From contig NC_042999.1 in NCBI RefSeq assembly GCF_006345805.1, positions 29,388,001 through 29,452,000 of the forward strand: a stretch of 64,000 bases of DNA, read 5' to 3'. This document shows, piece after piece, positions 51,270-64,000 of the stretch. The notes below the pieces were generated by a model. The model was not told the origin of the DNA. It saw only the letters and a list, made by a program, of their open reading frames with translations, and searched no databases. A program made the position numbers and the translations under genes. This stretch comes from Octopus sinensis (Eukaryota). The stretch's first letter is position 1, and every line of letters starts with the position of its first letter.

Positions 51270-54200
51270 GGCATTACACAGTATACAATATCGTGAGGTT
51301 GTTGATCGAATATATCGTGTCTAGCGGGTTTGTACTGTTTGTTAAGTTACAGAAGGACTTCAGATAGACAGTACTTTACGCAATGTGCGTGCAGTTCCAG
51401 ATATTGCCGACTATTGCAATACATCTATATTATAGAGTATTTCTAAGGAACCCAGCTGTTTTTGTTTTACCAACTGGTTGGTTTTGAACCCAATTCTCCG
51501 ATAACAATAGGGATAAACTTTGTTTTCGAATCTCGTAACAACATCATCGTAGCTATCTCAATTCTCGGGTCTCCATATTTACCAACCTTTTCTCTGGCTT
51601 TCGTGATATGTTGATCCCATTGCATTGCTTCGTTGATTATTATGCACACTTGTTTGTCCCTCCAAAACGTTACAATATCTTGACTTCTATATCCTGACTA
51701 CTATATCTTGACTTCTAACAGTTTGTCTGTCTGGAAATCAAAGTCCTGAAGGATTTTGCTCTCTTCTTTTTGTCCATTGCGTTTTCCTGTATATGTCGGT
51801 ACCAAGCACCCGTAAACTCATGTCCATACATAAGGCATACTACCCAGTAGAGGGTTTGGGCTACGCTTTTATTCTTTCTGTGCAAGACTTTTACAAGCAC
51901 AAACAATGTGAGTCCCACTTTCGACCCTTTTTCCCACACATTCTGCAGAGTTCCGATTCACTTGTGTGATATATATTGTTTTTCACTGAGTTGGTATTCA
52001 ATGCCTCCTCCTGATACCTGATGATTAGGAATTCAGTAGACCCTTTTAAGTCACCTTTCCGGAGCCACCTCCAGGATGCTCCTTGGTCTTTTAATTAGTT
52101 GGTCTACCGTGGAACTGGCTATGGATTTCTATACGGAGTAGGGCTTCTTCTCTGTCGTTGTTTGTTCTTTTTCGGAATTCATGTACACTCTCAAGTCTAT
52201 TTTTGCTAACTCCTTCTGCACTAGTAGCACACACTAGCAGGTCTCCTTTACTGTTTACAAAATATTCTGCCATGTTCCTTCATTCACTGTGGATGCACTC
52301 TCGAACGCTAATCAGCTCACGTCCACCTCTACTTCTCTGCATGTAGAGCCTGTGTACATTGCCTTAGGTGTTGTCATTGTCCTTTGGGTAGATGCGATCG
52401 AGTTGATAAATCTCCGCTGGTGTCCATCTCAGAATTGGTGCACAATAGCGGATTATACAACAACAGCCTATATGTTGATGGCAGTCACAAGGTTCCTTGA
52501 TTTGAGCTTTGATTTCAAGCGAAATTTGAGGCACTTGAAATATGCAGTGACGACTTTGTCTTTCATTTCTCTGTGCAAGATATTGCCCAGTTCCAGGATC
52601 CCAGGGTACTTGTATCCACATCATCCGGCTCCTCCCTTCTCTCTGCGTTTGGCAATTCTATACACCTACAATTTCCTTTTTTCCTGTTTAGAAGTAAGCA
52701 CTGGAGATTTCGAGATACCAAATTCCATCCCTATTTACTAGCTGCAAGTTTGCACAGTCTCAACCAGTAACATCAACGCTATAACAAATAACAGAGGTGA
52801 ACAAGTGTCTCCTTTGAAGATAACTCGGCTAAATGCTGGTTGTTATAGGAAAGACGTGTTTTCCAACTAGGCATGCTGTTCTTAATCAGTGCACACACAT
52901 TCTCAGCTATTCTACATTTGTCGAGTGTTTCCAAAATCCACGAATGTGGCATCATGTTGTGAGCCTTTTTGAAATCTATCTATATGATTTTGGGATACCG
53001 CTTACAGTTCTTCATTATAACCTTGTTTATCACAAGGTGGTCCTTGGTGCTCTTGGATCCTTTTCGGTATCACTTTTGTTCTACTGACAGAAGACTTTTT
53101 TCCTGCAAGGAACGTATATTTCCTAGAGAGAGTACCTGTTAATACTTTCCATATGGGGTTAAGACAAGCAATGGGTCGGTAAATACCAGCATCATTGCCC
53201 TTTGATCAATCTTTCATTTGCAATACTGTTCCTCCCGCTACCATTCATACCGGAACTATACCGCTATGTAGGCAATAATCTAACTGCAATGCAATTCTAT
53301 AATGCATTGACCTAAATGACTTGAGCCAGTAGTTTTTTTCCTGTTTGGAAGTAAGCACTGGAGATTTCGAGATACCAAACTCCATCCCTATTTACTAGCT
53401 GCACGTTTGCACAGTCTCAACCAGTACCTTCAACACTATAATAAATAACAGAGGTGAACAAGTGTCCCCTTAGTAGATAACTCGGCTAAATGCTGGTTGT
53501 TATAGGAAAGACGTGTTTTCCAACTAGGCATGCTGTTCTTAATCAGTGCACGCACATACTCGGCTATTCTACACCTGTCGAGTGTTTCCAAAATCCACGA
53601 ATGCGGATTGTTCCTGTTGCTTTTTGATTTGGCAGTTTTCATATCTGAACAAGGACATTTTGGTCCTGTCGTGGAGACTCCGGGCGATGGAGTTCGGTTT
53701 ACACAGGATGAATCCACTCAGCTTTGTGGCTGTGCGAACTTTCTTGCCCCCGGATTTTATTCCAGAAGTGGCGGGTTCCTTCTGTTTACAGAGGTGTATT
53801 ATCTTCAGTGTTTCCTCCTAAGCCATTAAAAAACTACTTGTTTGTTTGAAAAAGAACCGATTTTGCTGGAACTGCGATATGCAATCAGTCTAGCGCTGCA
53901 CATTAAAAGTTTTAGCCAGCACACGTTGTTTTGGGAATTCACTGACAGTTTTGAATCCTCTCTTTCCTATTTAGAACCACGCGTCAAGATATGCCGTTGC
54001 ACATTGTTTTCCATTGCAATTTTGACCACTATTCTATGCGGCTCAGATCTTTACGCAAAGTTAGAATATCGCCTTCATATCTCCGCTTCCATAATGGTTC
54101 CTTCTGTCCGTCTACTTTTCTTCTTCTTCTTTGCAACAAGTTCGCCTACTAAAATTGAAGCGGATCTGATCAAGTCCTTTGTTTCTGTTAAATCTATTGT

Positions 54201-54480
54201 CAAAATGTGTTTCAGAATCTCATCAACTATTTGGGTCGCACCTTTCTCATTGTTACATTTGAAGCTTCTTAGATTCACGGGCTTGGTCAGTGTTCATTTC
54301 CTGTGTCTTTTCGAGGTTTCACTGTTCCTCAGTCATATTCTCAATTATTTCAGGGTTTTCTATATTATAATGATTGGCCGGCCTCTCCTCATTACAAATT
54401 CACCTTGCCTATGCATTCGCTGATCTTCACCTACGTAATTCTCCTCGAGATCTTCACCATTACAGAAGCTTTTGTCTCAA
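51270..54480 (-). mobile_element. Decayed R4/Dong-like LINE (RT plus RLE), bounded by (TAA)n on both sides
   Basis: PHSWILETL...LIKNSMPSWKTRL; REKVGKYGDPRIEI...FIPIVIGELG; (TAT)n at 51205-51268 and 54489-54565. Confidence 0.8.
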
Positions 54481-54488
54481 TCTGCGCC

Positions 54489-54512
54489 TTATTATTATTA
54501 TTATTATTATTA

Positions 54513-54566
<54 letters not shown>

Positions 54567-55072
54567 GGTTGCTATTGTTGTTGTTGTTGTTCTTTATATA
54601 CTCTATACACTCAACAGATTATACCGTTGGAAAAAGAACCCTAACATCGCGCTATAACAATTGCGTTAGCTGACAAGAACCCTCCTGTTGGGTTACAGCA
54701 ATAACACTCCTAAGTATCCTAGCTGTAAATAATAACACTGTCTTCTAATGCTGTACTAAATTTGGCTTTAGGCCTATTTCCTTTATCCTCCGACAATCTG
54801 TTCAAATAGTAAATGATAATACCAAAGCACCTATAACTATTCTTCTTTGTCTTCTTCTTCTTCTTCTACTTCTTCTTATTCTTCTTCTTTTTCTTCTACT
54901 TCTTCTTCTTCTTCTTCTTCTTCTTTCTTCTTCTTCTTCTTCTTCTTCTTCTTTCTTCTTCTTCTTCTTTCTTCTTCTTCTTCTTCTTCTCCTCCTCCTC
55001 CTCCTCATCCTCCTCACTCTTCTTTTCTTCTCATAATTATTATTATTATCATTATTATCATCATCATTATTA

Positions 55073-55118
<46 letters not shown>
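54489..55118. repeat. (TTA)n, (CTT)n and (ATT)n microsatellite blocks
   Basis: Direct reading. Confidence 0.9.
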
Positions 55119-55119
<1 letters not shown>

Positions 55120-55640
55120 TAGTTTTATTTTTATAGCGTGCTTTCACTTCATTACCGAGCGCAGCTCTGTGTGCCTTGGGTATGTGCTGTGATTTGTTGT
55201 GATGCTCTGATGGTTATTGTATGGAAAGTGTTCTGCGTAGGATGTGTGCAGTGCCTAGTAGTGCAATTTTCTGGATGTTATATGTGTTTGTAAGTCCTGG
55301 TGTTTTTGTTATGTATTTGTCTGAATATTTTTTTTATCATGCCTAATGCACCTACTATGATAGGATGTGTTTCTGATTTTAGATTCCACATTCTAGTTAC
55401 CTCTATTTCCAGGTTTTTGTATTGTGAAAGTTTCTCCATTTCTTTTAGAGACACGTTGTCATCTGCCTGTATTTATACATCAATTAGAAAGCATTTTTTT
55501 CTTCATGATCTCTGACAACTATATCTGGTATGTTGGCCTTAAATTATCTATCTGTGTGTATCGGCATATCCCAGAGTATGGTTGCTTTCTCGTTTTCTGT
55601 GACCTTTTCTGGTGTGTGTCTATACCGTATTGCAGGCAAT
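55120..55640 (-). mobile_element. 3' end of a second R4/Dong-like LINE with a (TAA)n tail
   Basis: ADDNVSLKEMEKLSQYKNLEIEVTRMWNLKSETHPIIVGALGMIKK...IQKIALLGTAHILRRTLSIQ*. Confidence 0.85.
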
Positions 55641-57294
55641 AAAATTTTCATATCAGAGGATAGATGTCGCATAACTTGTTAAAGATTGATCTTAGTGAAA
55701 GTTTCCAATTCAAGTAGTGAGTATTAGTGTGAAACACATTTCTAAGTATGGAAGGTGCTCCCGACGAGTAAATCTATGGATATTCATTCATAATTCCGGA
55801 TTTCGTTATCGCATAATAATTTGTATCGATATCACATACTAATTTGGTGACTAATATATTGTAAATGTATTGGAAATATTAACAATGAAAAAAAGAAAAT
55901 ATTATAAACAGAAATAAAACAAAACTGAAACACTGATCACTGAAAATGTTGGTCCCTAAATTTAATTCAGAAAGTGTAAAATTAAGTGTGAAATTAAGAA
56001 TAATCATGGCATGCACAACTAAGTGGCATGTTTAATATGTACAAAAAACAAACTTAAGAGAGAATATGTTATCAATGTGAACAGGATTATAATTAAATAT
56101 GTGGAAGATACAATGGCATATAATTTGAAAAGTAGATATTTTATAATTCATAATCTACAGTAATTAGAACTGAAATAGGATAACAGTTATGGGTAATCAA
56201 CATATTTTCCAGTGAAAGAAATAAAGATAAACTCGGAGGCAGACAACGCAAATAGGAGATAAAATAGCAGAAAAAAGTTAAATTGGAGAATTCCCTTTCG
56301 TATCTAGCATATAACAACTTATAAATGCTTGAAATAAAGAAAGAAGTTATGAATTTCTATACGAGAAATATTACTAAATCATTATCACTGATCACAACGA
56401 TCACACGCAGGAGAGAAAAAAAACATTAATGAAAATAGAACATGCGAGTATTTCAGTATAGCATTTTGATAGAATTACAAGAGGATCTCGACCAATATTA
56501 TACTTGCAGTGAACATACTTCTACTTTTGCTGTAAATTGCATTTTATCTTTATAACAGACGGACGAAAGAAATAACGATCATATAAGCAAGAAAATTGCT
56601 GCCAAAAGTAATATAATTGCTACACATATCAAGTAAAATATTATTAAGACACTCTTATATCTTCATGAATATCGTAAAAAACGAAGCCTCTCATGTTACA
56701 TAAACTTTTGAGTTCACAGGCTTTGATCTTTACAGAAATATCTTTCGAAAATAATTTCCGCGCCCTGTAGCAAGAATATTACTGAATCAGTCACTAACAC
56801 GTGATACTTTTAATGTGTGACTTCCACTGGTGTTGTATACTTGATGTACATTCTATATTTTAGTAACCGTATACAACTCATCATCTTATACGGCATCTAA
56901 ACTATAGAACTCTTAAAGAATGCTCAAATATTCCTGAAATGATGTGATTCTTTCTCTCTTTCTGCATCCTCAATTGCAGCAAATATTAAAAAGAAAAGCA
57001 AAGATCCCGCTGCTGCCCTGGGCAATGTAACTTATCCTTTAACGGACATCGCTCTTTGCGAGTATATATAGTGCGCACCCTTCATATATCCTAAAATATC
57101 TCCCCACGTCTTCAACTTTTCTATCAATTCACATACATTTTGAAAGAAACTTTCAAGCTATACATTTTATTTCAAGTCAGTGTTGAATGGGCTATGATAA
57201 TTGTTTTAGTATTTCATTCTGTTTTCTAAATTTTTGTGGTAATGAAATGGTTTTGTTTTCGTAAAGTTAGCCTATCACTTCCTAACACTCACTT

Positions 57295-57790
57295 CAAATT
57301 TTGGCACAAGACCACCGTTTTTTGAGTGTGTTTTACCTCGAAAGGATGAAAGGCAAAGTCGACCTCGGCATAATTTGAACTCAATGCCACTACGCAAATT
57401 TTTCTGGGTGTGCTAATGATTCTACCAGTTCAACATGTGTTAATGTTACAAACACTAATAAGGCGGCAAACCGACATAATCAGTAGAACACTGAGCAGCG
57501 ATTCGTCCGCTTTTACGTCATGAGTTCAAATTTAGCTGAGATCAGCTTTCTCTTTCATCGCTTTTGCGGGTAATTAAATAAGTACCAGTCCCCACACTGA
57601 AATTGCTGGCCTTGTGCCAAATTTTGAACCTTTGGTAAGCTGGGAAAATAATTAGATCACCAGGCAAAATGCTTACCAGCATTTCGTCCATCCGCATCTT
57701 CTGAGTTTAAATTCCGCCGAAATCGACTTTGCGTTTCAACTTTCCATGGTCGATAAAATAAGTACAAGCTGAAGACTAGAGGTGATGATA
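57295..57790. mobile_element. Cluster of three diverged SINE fragments (family of 35166-35372), one minus and two plus
   Basis: Repeated ctgagtttaaattccgccga and attgctggccttgtgccaaa motifs. Confidence 0.6.
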
Positions 57791-58249
57791 CAAAACTCGA
57801 TGACTGGAAAATGTTATTTACATCAACTAAGCACGGCCACAGACAACTATCAAATCACCGAACACAAGGTTATTCCCATTGAGATTTAGAAATTGACGTA
57901 TTTATCAAGGCTTGGGGTAACATTTTGTTTACATATGAGAAAGTTGCAATATATTTCTAAGCTACACATCTGAAAACAAGCTAAAATTGTATGCCATTTC
58001 ACAAGTAGGTCTTTTCTATGTGTAATACATTTAAGCCTCTGGTGTGTAGATATTTTTTTCCACCTCTTCATTTTGGATTCACTTTGAGTAAATCTCGCGA
58101 ATGAAAATTCCACGTCGTGCGCACAGAAATTAGATCTTTGCAAGATATTTCGTATTGGTTTGCACTTGTCAGACAGGAAGTAATGAAGAGTATTTTACTC
58201 TTCGCATATTTCTACCGCAACCCCACTTTTATGGCATACGCAGCTTTTA

Positions 58250-58258
58250 TAGCAGTAA

Positions 58259-58297
<39 letters not shown>

Positions 58298-58504
58298 AGT
58301 CAGTAGTTGTAGCAGCATCAGCAGCAGCAGTAGTATTAGTAGTAGTAGTAGTAGTAGAATCAGCAGTGGTGGTGGTGGTGGTAATAGTAGTACTCCTACT
58401 ACTAGTAGTAGTTGTAGCAGCAGCAGTAGTAATTGTAGAAGGAGCAGCAGCAGCGGTGGTGGTGGTAGTAGTAAGTTATAGTAGTAGTAGTAGTAGTAGT
58501 AGTA

Positions 58505-58538
<34 letters not shown>

Positions 58539-58745
58539 CAGTAGCAGCGGCAGTCGTGGTAGTAGTAAGTTGTAGCAGTAGTAGTACAGAGTAGTAAAAA
58601 TGAAAATGAAGAAGAAAGAGAAGCGGAAAAAAACCCGAAAGAAGATGTGTTGATGACGGGAATGATAATGACGACGACCACGTCGGTGATGATGATGGTG
58701 ATGAAGATGATGCTGAGGATGATGATGGTGGTGATGATGATACCT
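58250..58745. repeat. (TAG)n/(GCA)n and (GAT)n compound microsatellite
   Basis: Direct reading. Confidence 0.9.
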
Positions 58746-59349
58746 ATGGTGACGGATATAAATACGTTTATTTCACCAATGTTCGTGATATTAAGTAGCA
58801 AGCAAAATATTTTAGAAGTTTCAAGAAACGCGATTTCTAAAAAGAATAAATATAATGATTTGAAGAAGTAAAAGTTGATGTCAATGAATCTGTGAATTCA
58901 TTAATGCATTTTTGGAATGTACGAACAAATATCTTGGTCTGATCTAATTATCTAAGCTAACCATAGAAATGCATCGTTCTGAATTGTAATGGTTTCTTCT
59001 ATTCTAAATATATTTATCGTTTGAAGACTGGCGAAAATGTCGTTGAATACCGTAACTACATAAAATATCAAACATGAATCACAGCACTTAGCAATAAAAT
59101 TACGTTCCTACATACGTACATACAAGCAGGCATACGCATATATACATATATATTCATATTTATATACAAATAAGTGTATATATGGATATATACATACCTA
59201 TTTATCTATCTAGCTATATGTCTGTCTGTGTGTGTTTCAGTGTGTATACATATATTAAAGCTGCAAAATATCACAAAACACACTCAGAGTTCTACATTCC
59301 CGTTCGTTGGACAGTTGTGATTCTACCGGTTCAACATCTTAGGTTTTGT

Positions 59350-59630
59350 GTTAATGTTACAATTACTAATAAGTCGGCCAACTGATATACTCATTAGAAC
59401 ACTGGGCGAAATGATTAGCAGCGATTCGTCGTGAGTTCAATTTTAGCTGAGATCAACTTTCTCTTTCATCACTTTCCAGGCAATTAAAGAAGTACTAGTC
59501 CCCACTCTGAAATTGCTGACCTTGTGCCAAAGTGTGAAAATTCGGCAAGCTGGGAGAATATTTTTCTTACCAGCATTTCGTCCATCTGCACCTTCTGAGT
59601 TTAAATTCCGCCGAAAGCGACTTTGCTGTT
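59350..59630 (+). mobile_element. Two tandem SINE fragments duplicating 57460-57730
   Basis: Same order and shared flanking sequence as 57421-57730. Confidence 0.55.
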
Positions 59631-59764
59631 CCATGAATGGGGAAATGAAACCCAAAAGTAACAGTTGTGTATGTTTTCATCATTAAAAAAATCTATTTTA
59701 CCCTACTTTAGGTGTTCGATTACTATTTATCGATCTTATTTTGCCGATATGTGCTTCATTGTAA

Positions 59765-59952
<188 letters not shown>

Positions 59953-60041
59953 TTTGATACTTTGATACTTTGATAGGTTTCGGCCATTATTGGCCCAAGC
60001 CATGTCTAGCTTAATAGCACCACCTGGTGAAGTCTTTCAAG

Positions 60042-61689
60042 TCAGAATTTGGGCACTATGGCCCACTCAAGTAGAGAGTTATTCTTTACAGAGACATATC
60101 CGGGTGTAGGGGGTATATCCGGGATTTCTTGAAGGAATCTGTCCAAAGACTTCTTGAACCCTATAGGGTCAGTTTCTGTTTTAATGTGTTTTGGTGTAAT
60201 GTTAAAGAGAGCGGGGCCAATTGAGGTGAAATAATTGTGCCGTATTGTTGTTATGAGATGAGAGTGCGATTTTTGTTTTGGGCGGATGGCACGGGGCCCA
60301 AGCCTTGGATGTACCTTAAAGGTGATGCCAACATCATTTGGGCAATGCTGATGGAATATTTTCCACATCATGCAGATGATGTAGCGCTCACGACGACGTT
60401 GGAGAGAATAGAGTTTTAGCTTTTCTAGTCGACCCCAATAGTCGAGGCCTGTCATGCCATCTATCTTTTTTGTGATTGCTTTTTGAGGTGCTTCAACTTT
60501 TATGATACCTTGTATTGTGTGGGGAGACCACAGTGGACAACAGTATTCAAGGTGGGGTCGGGCAAAAGTGGAGAAGAGAAGGATAATGGTGTGGATATCT
60601 CTCGACTGGAAAGTTCTGAGAATCCAGGAACACATTCTGCGGGCCATGTCAACTTTGGTGCTTATATGAGTGGCCCAGCTTATGTTGTTGTCCACAATTA
60701 CTCCCAGGTCTCTGATGTTGTTGGACGCCGCGAGAGTTTCACCTGAAGGAAGGGAGTATGGGAGTTTCAGGGCATCCTCTTTTCCAAAGTGGATTAGCTC
60801 AAATTTATCCTCGTTCAGCAGCATATTGTTTTTTTCTGCCCATTGGATAACAGCCAGTAGATCTGACTGAAGGCATGTCCGGTCACTCGCCTGATTTATG
60901 ACCTTCTGTAGCTTGGAGTCATCTGCAAAGATTTTTATGTTGCTGTGCTTGATGATGTCATTAATGTCATTAATGTAAATGATGAAAAGAAGTGGGCCCA
61001 GCACAGTGCCTTGCGGAACGCCACTACTGACTTTGGCTGGGCTTGATTTTACTCCTTCAACTACAACTGTTGAGATCTGTCTGTCAGGAACACTTGATCC
61101 ATTTCAGTAACTTTCCAGAGACACCAATGTTGGATAGTTTTTTCAATAGGATCTTGTGATCGACCCTGTCGAAGGCCTTACTGAAATCAAGGTAGATGAC
61201 ATCGGTGTTGGAGCCCTCTCCCAAAGCTCTCAAAATGTCCTCAAAGTGATGCAGGAGCTGCGTTAGGCAGTCGCTTCCATTACGGAACCCATGTTGGTTG
61301 GAGATCAGCCGTCTGTTGCTTTCCAGAAATTGGGTTATTCGAGATCTCACCACCCTCTCAAATAGCTTGATGATATGAGAGGTGAGTGAGATCGGACGGT
61401 AATTCACTGCAAGGGACTTGTTTCCCTTTTTGAAAACTGGGACAACAGACTGGGACAGAAGGTTTTTTGGAATATAGCCAGCATCCAGTGAGTTTCTCCA
61501 CAGATTAGCAAGGGGAGATGCAAGTTGGTGTCGACACACCTTCAGGACACAAGCAGGGAACCTATCGGGGCCTACTGCTGAATTGTGTTTTATTTCGTTT
61601 ATCGCCGCTAAGACATCAGGGGCACTAAACGTTATGTCCGATATAGTATGTTGGGGGTTGACATCACTGATACAGCCTAGATCGGCCAT
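60042..61689 (-). CDS. LINE ORF2 reverse transcriptase domain (frameshifted near 61040-61090)
   Basis: NYRPISLTSHIIKLFE, YLDFSKAFDRVDH, LGPLLF, FADDSKL, PHLEYC, LYSLQRRRERY. Confidence 0.9.
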
Positions 61690-62314
61690 ATCAGGATTGC
61701 TGAAAACAGAGCAGTATTATTTCTGCAGTATCTCGGCCATGGATTTGGCATTATCTTGGAGAGTGCCAGTTTCGTCAATTAGAGGGCCTACAGTGGAGAC
61801 AGTGACCCTGCGTTTCCTCGCAAATGAAAAGAACACTTTGGGGTTGAGTTTGATTTTTTCAATGGCCCACTTCTCCTCAGCTGATCTTTGGTTATTGATG
61901 AGGGTCTTCATGCATTGTTGGAGGTTATATTTTTTGCATTCAAGCAGTGCGATAGCCGTCGAATGTGTGCGTTGCTGTTGGCAGTACTTTAGTTTGTTAT
62001 TTTTTTTGTTTGTTCTTTTTATTTTTCTGATAATGGTTTTTCTGTTTTGGGGGATTCTGCACTTTTTGTTCACAGGTCTTGGTGGGGAGTGTTTTGCACA
62101 TATGTCTGTGACGGTGTCTACAAAGATCTGCCAAGATGTTTTATGGTTGGTGGAGATGTGTGTATGTGTAAAGGACCAGTCAACATATGATAGCTCGTTC
62201 CTGATTGCATCCCAGTTGGCATTATGGAGATCCATGTTGTCAAATGGGTGGGCTGGAGGAAGGTCACTAGGATTAGCTTTCGGCTGGTGGAATTTCATGT
62301 TACAGAGAACCATG

Positions 62315-63061
62315 TCATGGTCTGAAAGAAGGGTTTTTTTCCACTGTAACGTTATGTATAGTGTTAGTGTGGTTACTAAACACTAGGTCCAAAATGTTCT
62401 GATGTCTTGTTGGTGCAAGGTCAAGTTGGGACAAGAAAAACTCATTCGTAAAGTCGAAAAGTGACTCAGCGGTTGAGGCGGGAGTGCTTGGTTTCAAACA
62501 GTTTGTAGTCCAGTCAACACAGGGTAGATTGAAGTCTCCCATCATGAGTATGTTGCTAGAATGGCACTGTTGAATAAAGCACTTAATGCTGTTGAGGCAT
62601 TCTTTAAAGCACAGTATGGGTGTTTGGGGCGGCCTATAGAGCCCAATTACTGTCAGGTCATTGGCTTTGTTGTGAACGGTGACTGATTCACAGTAGCCGT
62701 TGGAGAATATACTATTTCCATCTGCCGTAAATGAATCATGCAGGAAAATGGCAGTTCCACCCTTCCTCCTGCCGATACGATCCGCGCGGATGGTTGTGAA
62801 ATTCTTCACTCTCATTTCGGCTTCCAAGTGGGAGTTGTCAAGGTGGGTCTCAGTGAGAATGAAGAAAGGGATGTGGTGTGAATGGTTACCAACCCAGTCT
62901 TCAATGAATTGGACCTTCCATTTTTGTGCATTGATGGAAGGGCTGACACCTTGTGCATTGAGTAGGAATGTGGAGGTTAGTGTAGTGGCTGGTTTTGACT
63001 GTTGCAGGGGGCTTGGATTTTTTGTGTGTGTTAGTGGCAGCAATGTGGGGAATTGGTGCAC
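62315..63061 (-). CDS. LINE ORF2 apurinic-like endonuclease domain
   Basis: LNAQG, LTETHL, RADR...GGTAI, LYRPP, MGDFNLP, PTRHQNILDLVF. Confidence 0.9.
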   Translation of the reverse strand: MHQFPTLLPLTHTKNPSPLQQSKPATTLTSTFLLNAQGVSPSINAQKWKVQFIEDWVGNHSHHIPFFILTETHLDNSHLEAEMRVKNFTTIRADRIGRRKGGTAIFLHDSFTADGNSIFSNGYCESVTVHNKANDLTVIGLYRPPQTPILCFKECLNSIKCFIQQCHSSNILMMGDFNLPCVDWTTNCLKPSTPASTAESLFDFTNEFFLSQLDLAPTRHQNILDLVFSNHTNTIHNVTVEKNPSFRP

Positions 63062-63299
63062 TGGGGTAATAGCATAGGATGGTGTTGAGTGATGGTTAGA
63101 ATGTTTTTGTGTATCTCTTTTGCCATGTTCAACATGGCTAAAAAAGAATGTTCCTGCTTAGGGAGCAGTTTTTGGCTGGAGGTGTGGTTGCACTGTTGGA
63201 TAGGGTTGTAGTTTCCACTTTTGTTGTTGTTGTTTTTGTGTCTTCCTGAAAAGACTGGACCAGCATTACTGCAGCATGGTGTGTTTCTATTTTTATTTT

Positions 63300-64000
63300 T
63301 ATTCAGGTTTGTGTGTTGGCTTGAAGCCCCGTTTCTGTTTGTGCGTCGGGTCCCTGGAAGATGAGTGAAGGGACAGTCACTCAGCAGACATGTTCTCTCA
63401 CGTTGGGAATACCGGCAGATTTTGGGACTCCGAGTTGTGTGTGTTTTGAATTTCGATTTACTATTTGGTGGTGTTGATGTTATTGTGGGATGCGTGCTTT
63501 GGCCTTGGCCGGTAGTGCGTCTAGTGCCGGGTAGATGCGTCTAGTGCCGGGTAGATGCGTCTAGTGCCGGGTAGATGCGTGAAGATGCAGTCACTATTTG
63601 TGCAGAGTCTCTGGCGCAGTGAATAGCGGCATATTTGGGGATTTCTTGTTTGTGCCGTGGGGGGCGCATTCTGCTTCCTATGTTTCATTAAGTTTTTGTT
63701 ACTGAAGTAGTATTGAGGTGGTGATGTGGGGGAAGAGGACAGTGGTTTCTTATTTGGTTTTCTGTTGGTATTTTTGGTGATAGAAGACGATGGTGGCAGC
63801 GGTGGTGATCATGATGATGATAATTGTGGTGGTTGCCGTGAGAGCGGTGAAAAGATACTGGCATTTAGTGAATCATCTAGTAAGCTAGAGTTGAGGAGTG
63901 GCTGTTGTTGTTCTTGTTGCTGTGGCTGTTGTTGTTGTTGTTGTGCTTGACCGATGTTAGGGTCAGCCATTGTGCTGGGAACCAGGAGTGGCTCATTCTG
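63300..64000 (-). pseudogene. ORF1 3' part with two CCCH zinc-finger-like motifs
   Basis: CRYSLRQRLCTNSDCIFTH and CRYSQRERTCLLSDCPFTH; interrupted by stops and a 20-bp tandem expansion. Confidence 0.6.

Larger units (their letters stand above)
59953..64000 (-). mobile_element. Young CR1-group LINE (ORF1 3' part, APE-RT ORF2, 3' UTR); 5' end lies outside the window
   Basis: APE, linker and RT ORFs are collinear; 3' tail (ATCAAAGT)3 at 59953-59976 abuts (TA)n. Confidence 0.9.

Noticed and set aside
61583-62386. 267-aa plus-strand ORF (and 62700-63077)
   Set aside because: Antisense shadows of the LINE ORF2.

Overview
Eukaryotic, AT-rich, repeat-dominated DNA that looks cephalopod (Octopus-like); the taxon is inferred from the SINE families and the (TA)n/(CA)n/(TAA)n/(TAG)n load. 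No intact host gene is evident. Recognisable content: tRNA-head SINEs, decayed Hero/R2-like, Tx1-like and R4/Dong-like LINEs, a mariner remnant, two copies of one Helitron family, a Penelope-like GIY-YIG remnant, and a nearly intact CR1-group LINE running off the right end. The main signal is a set of short non-coding elements, most embedded in (TA)n, built from partial tandem repeats and/or fold-back inversions. Several carry type I hammerhead ribozyme folds that I paired by hand: 6600, 7190, 12989, 13583, 14275, both strands at 14640-14745, 15075 (truncated) and 31257. They resemble Penelope pLTR or retrozyme elements from several different sequence families. A weak multi-exon gene candidate lies at about 22.4-28.0 kb (+). 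Scattered 1-nt homopolymer indels suggest uncorrected long-read errors, so some frameshifts may be artefacts.
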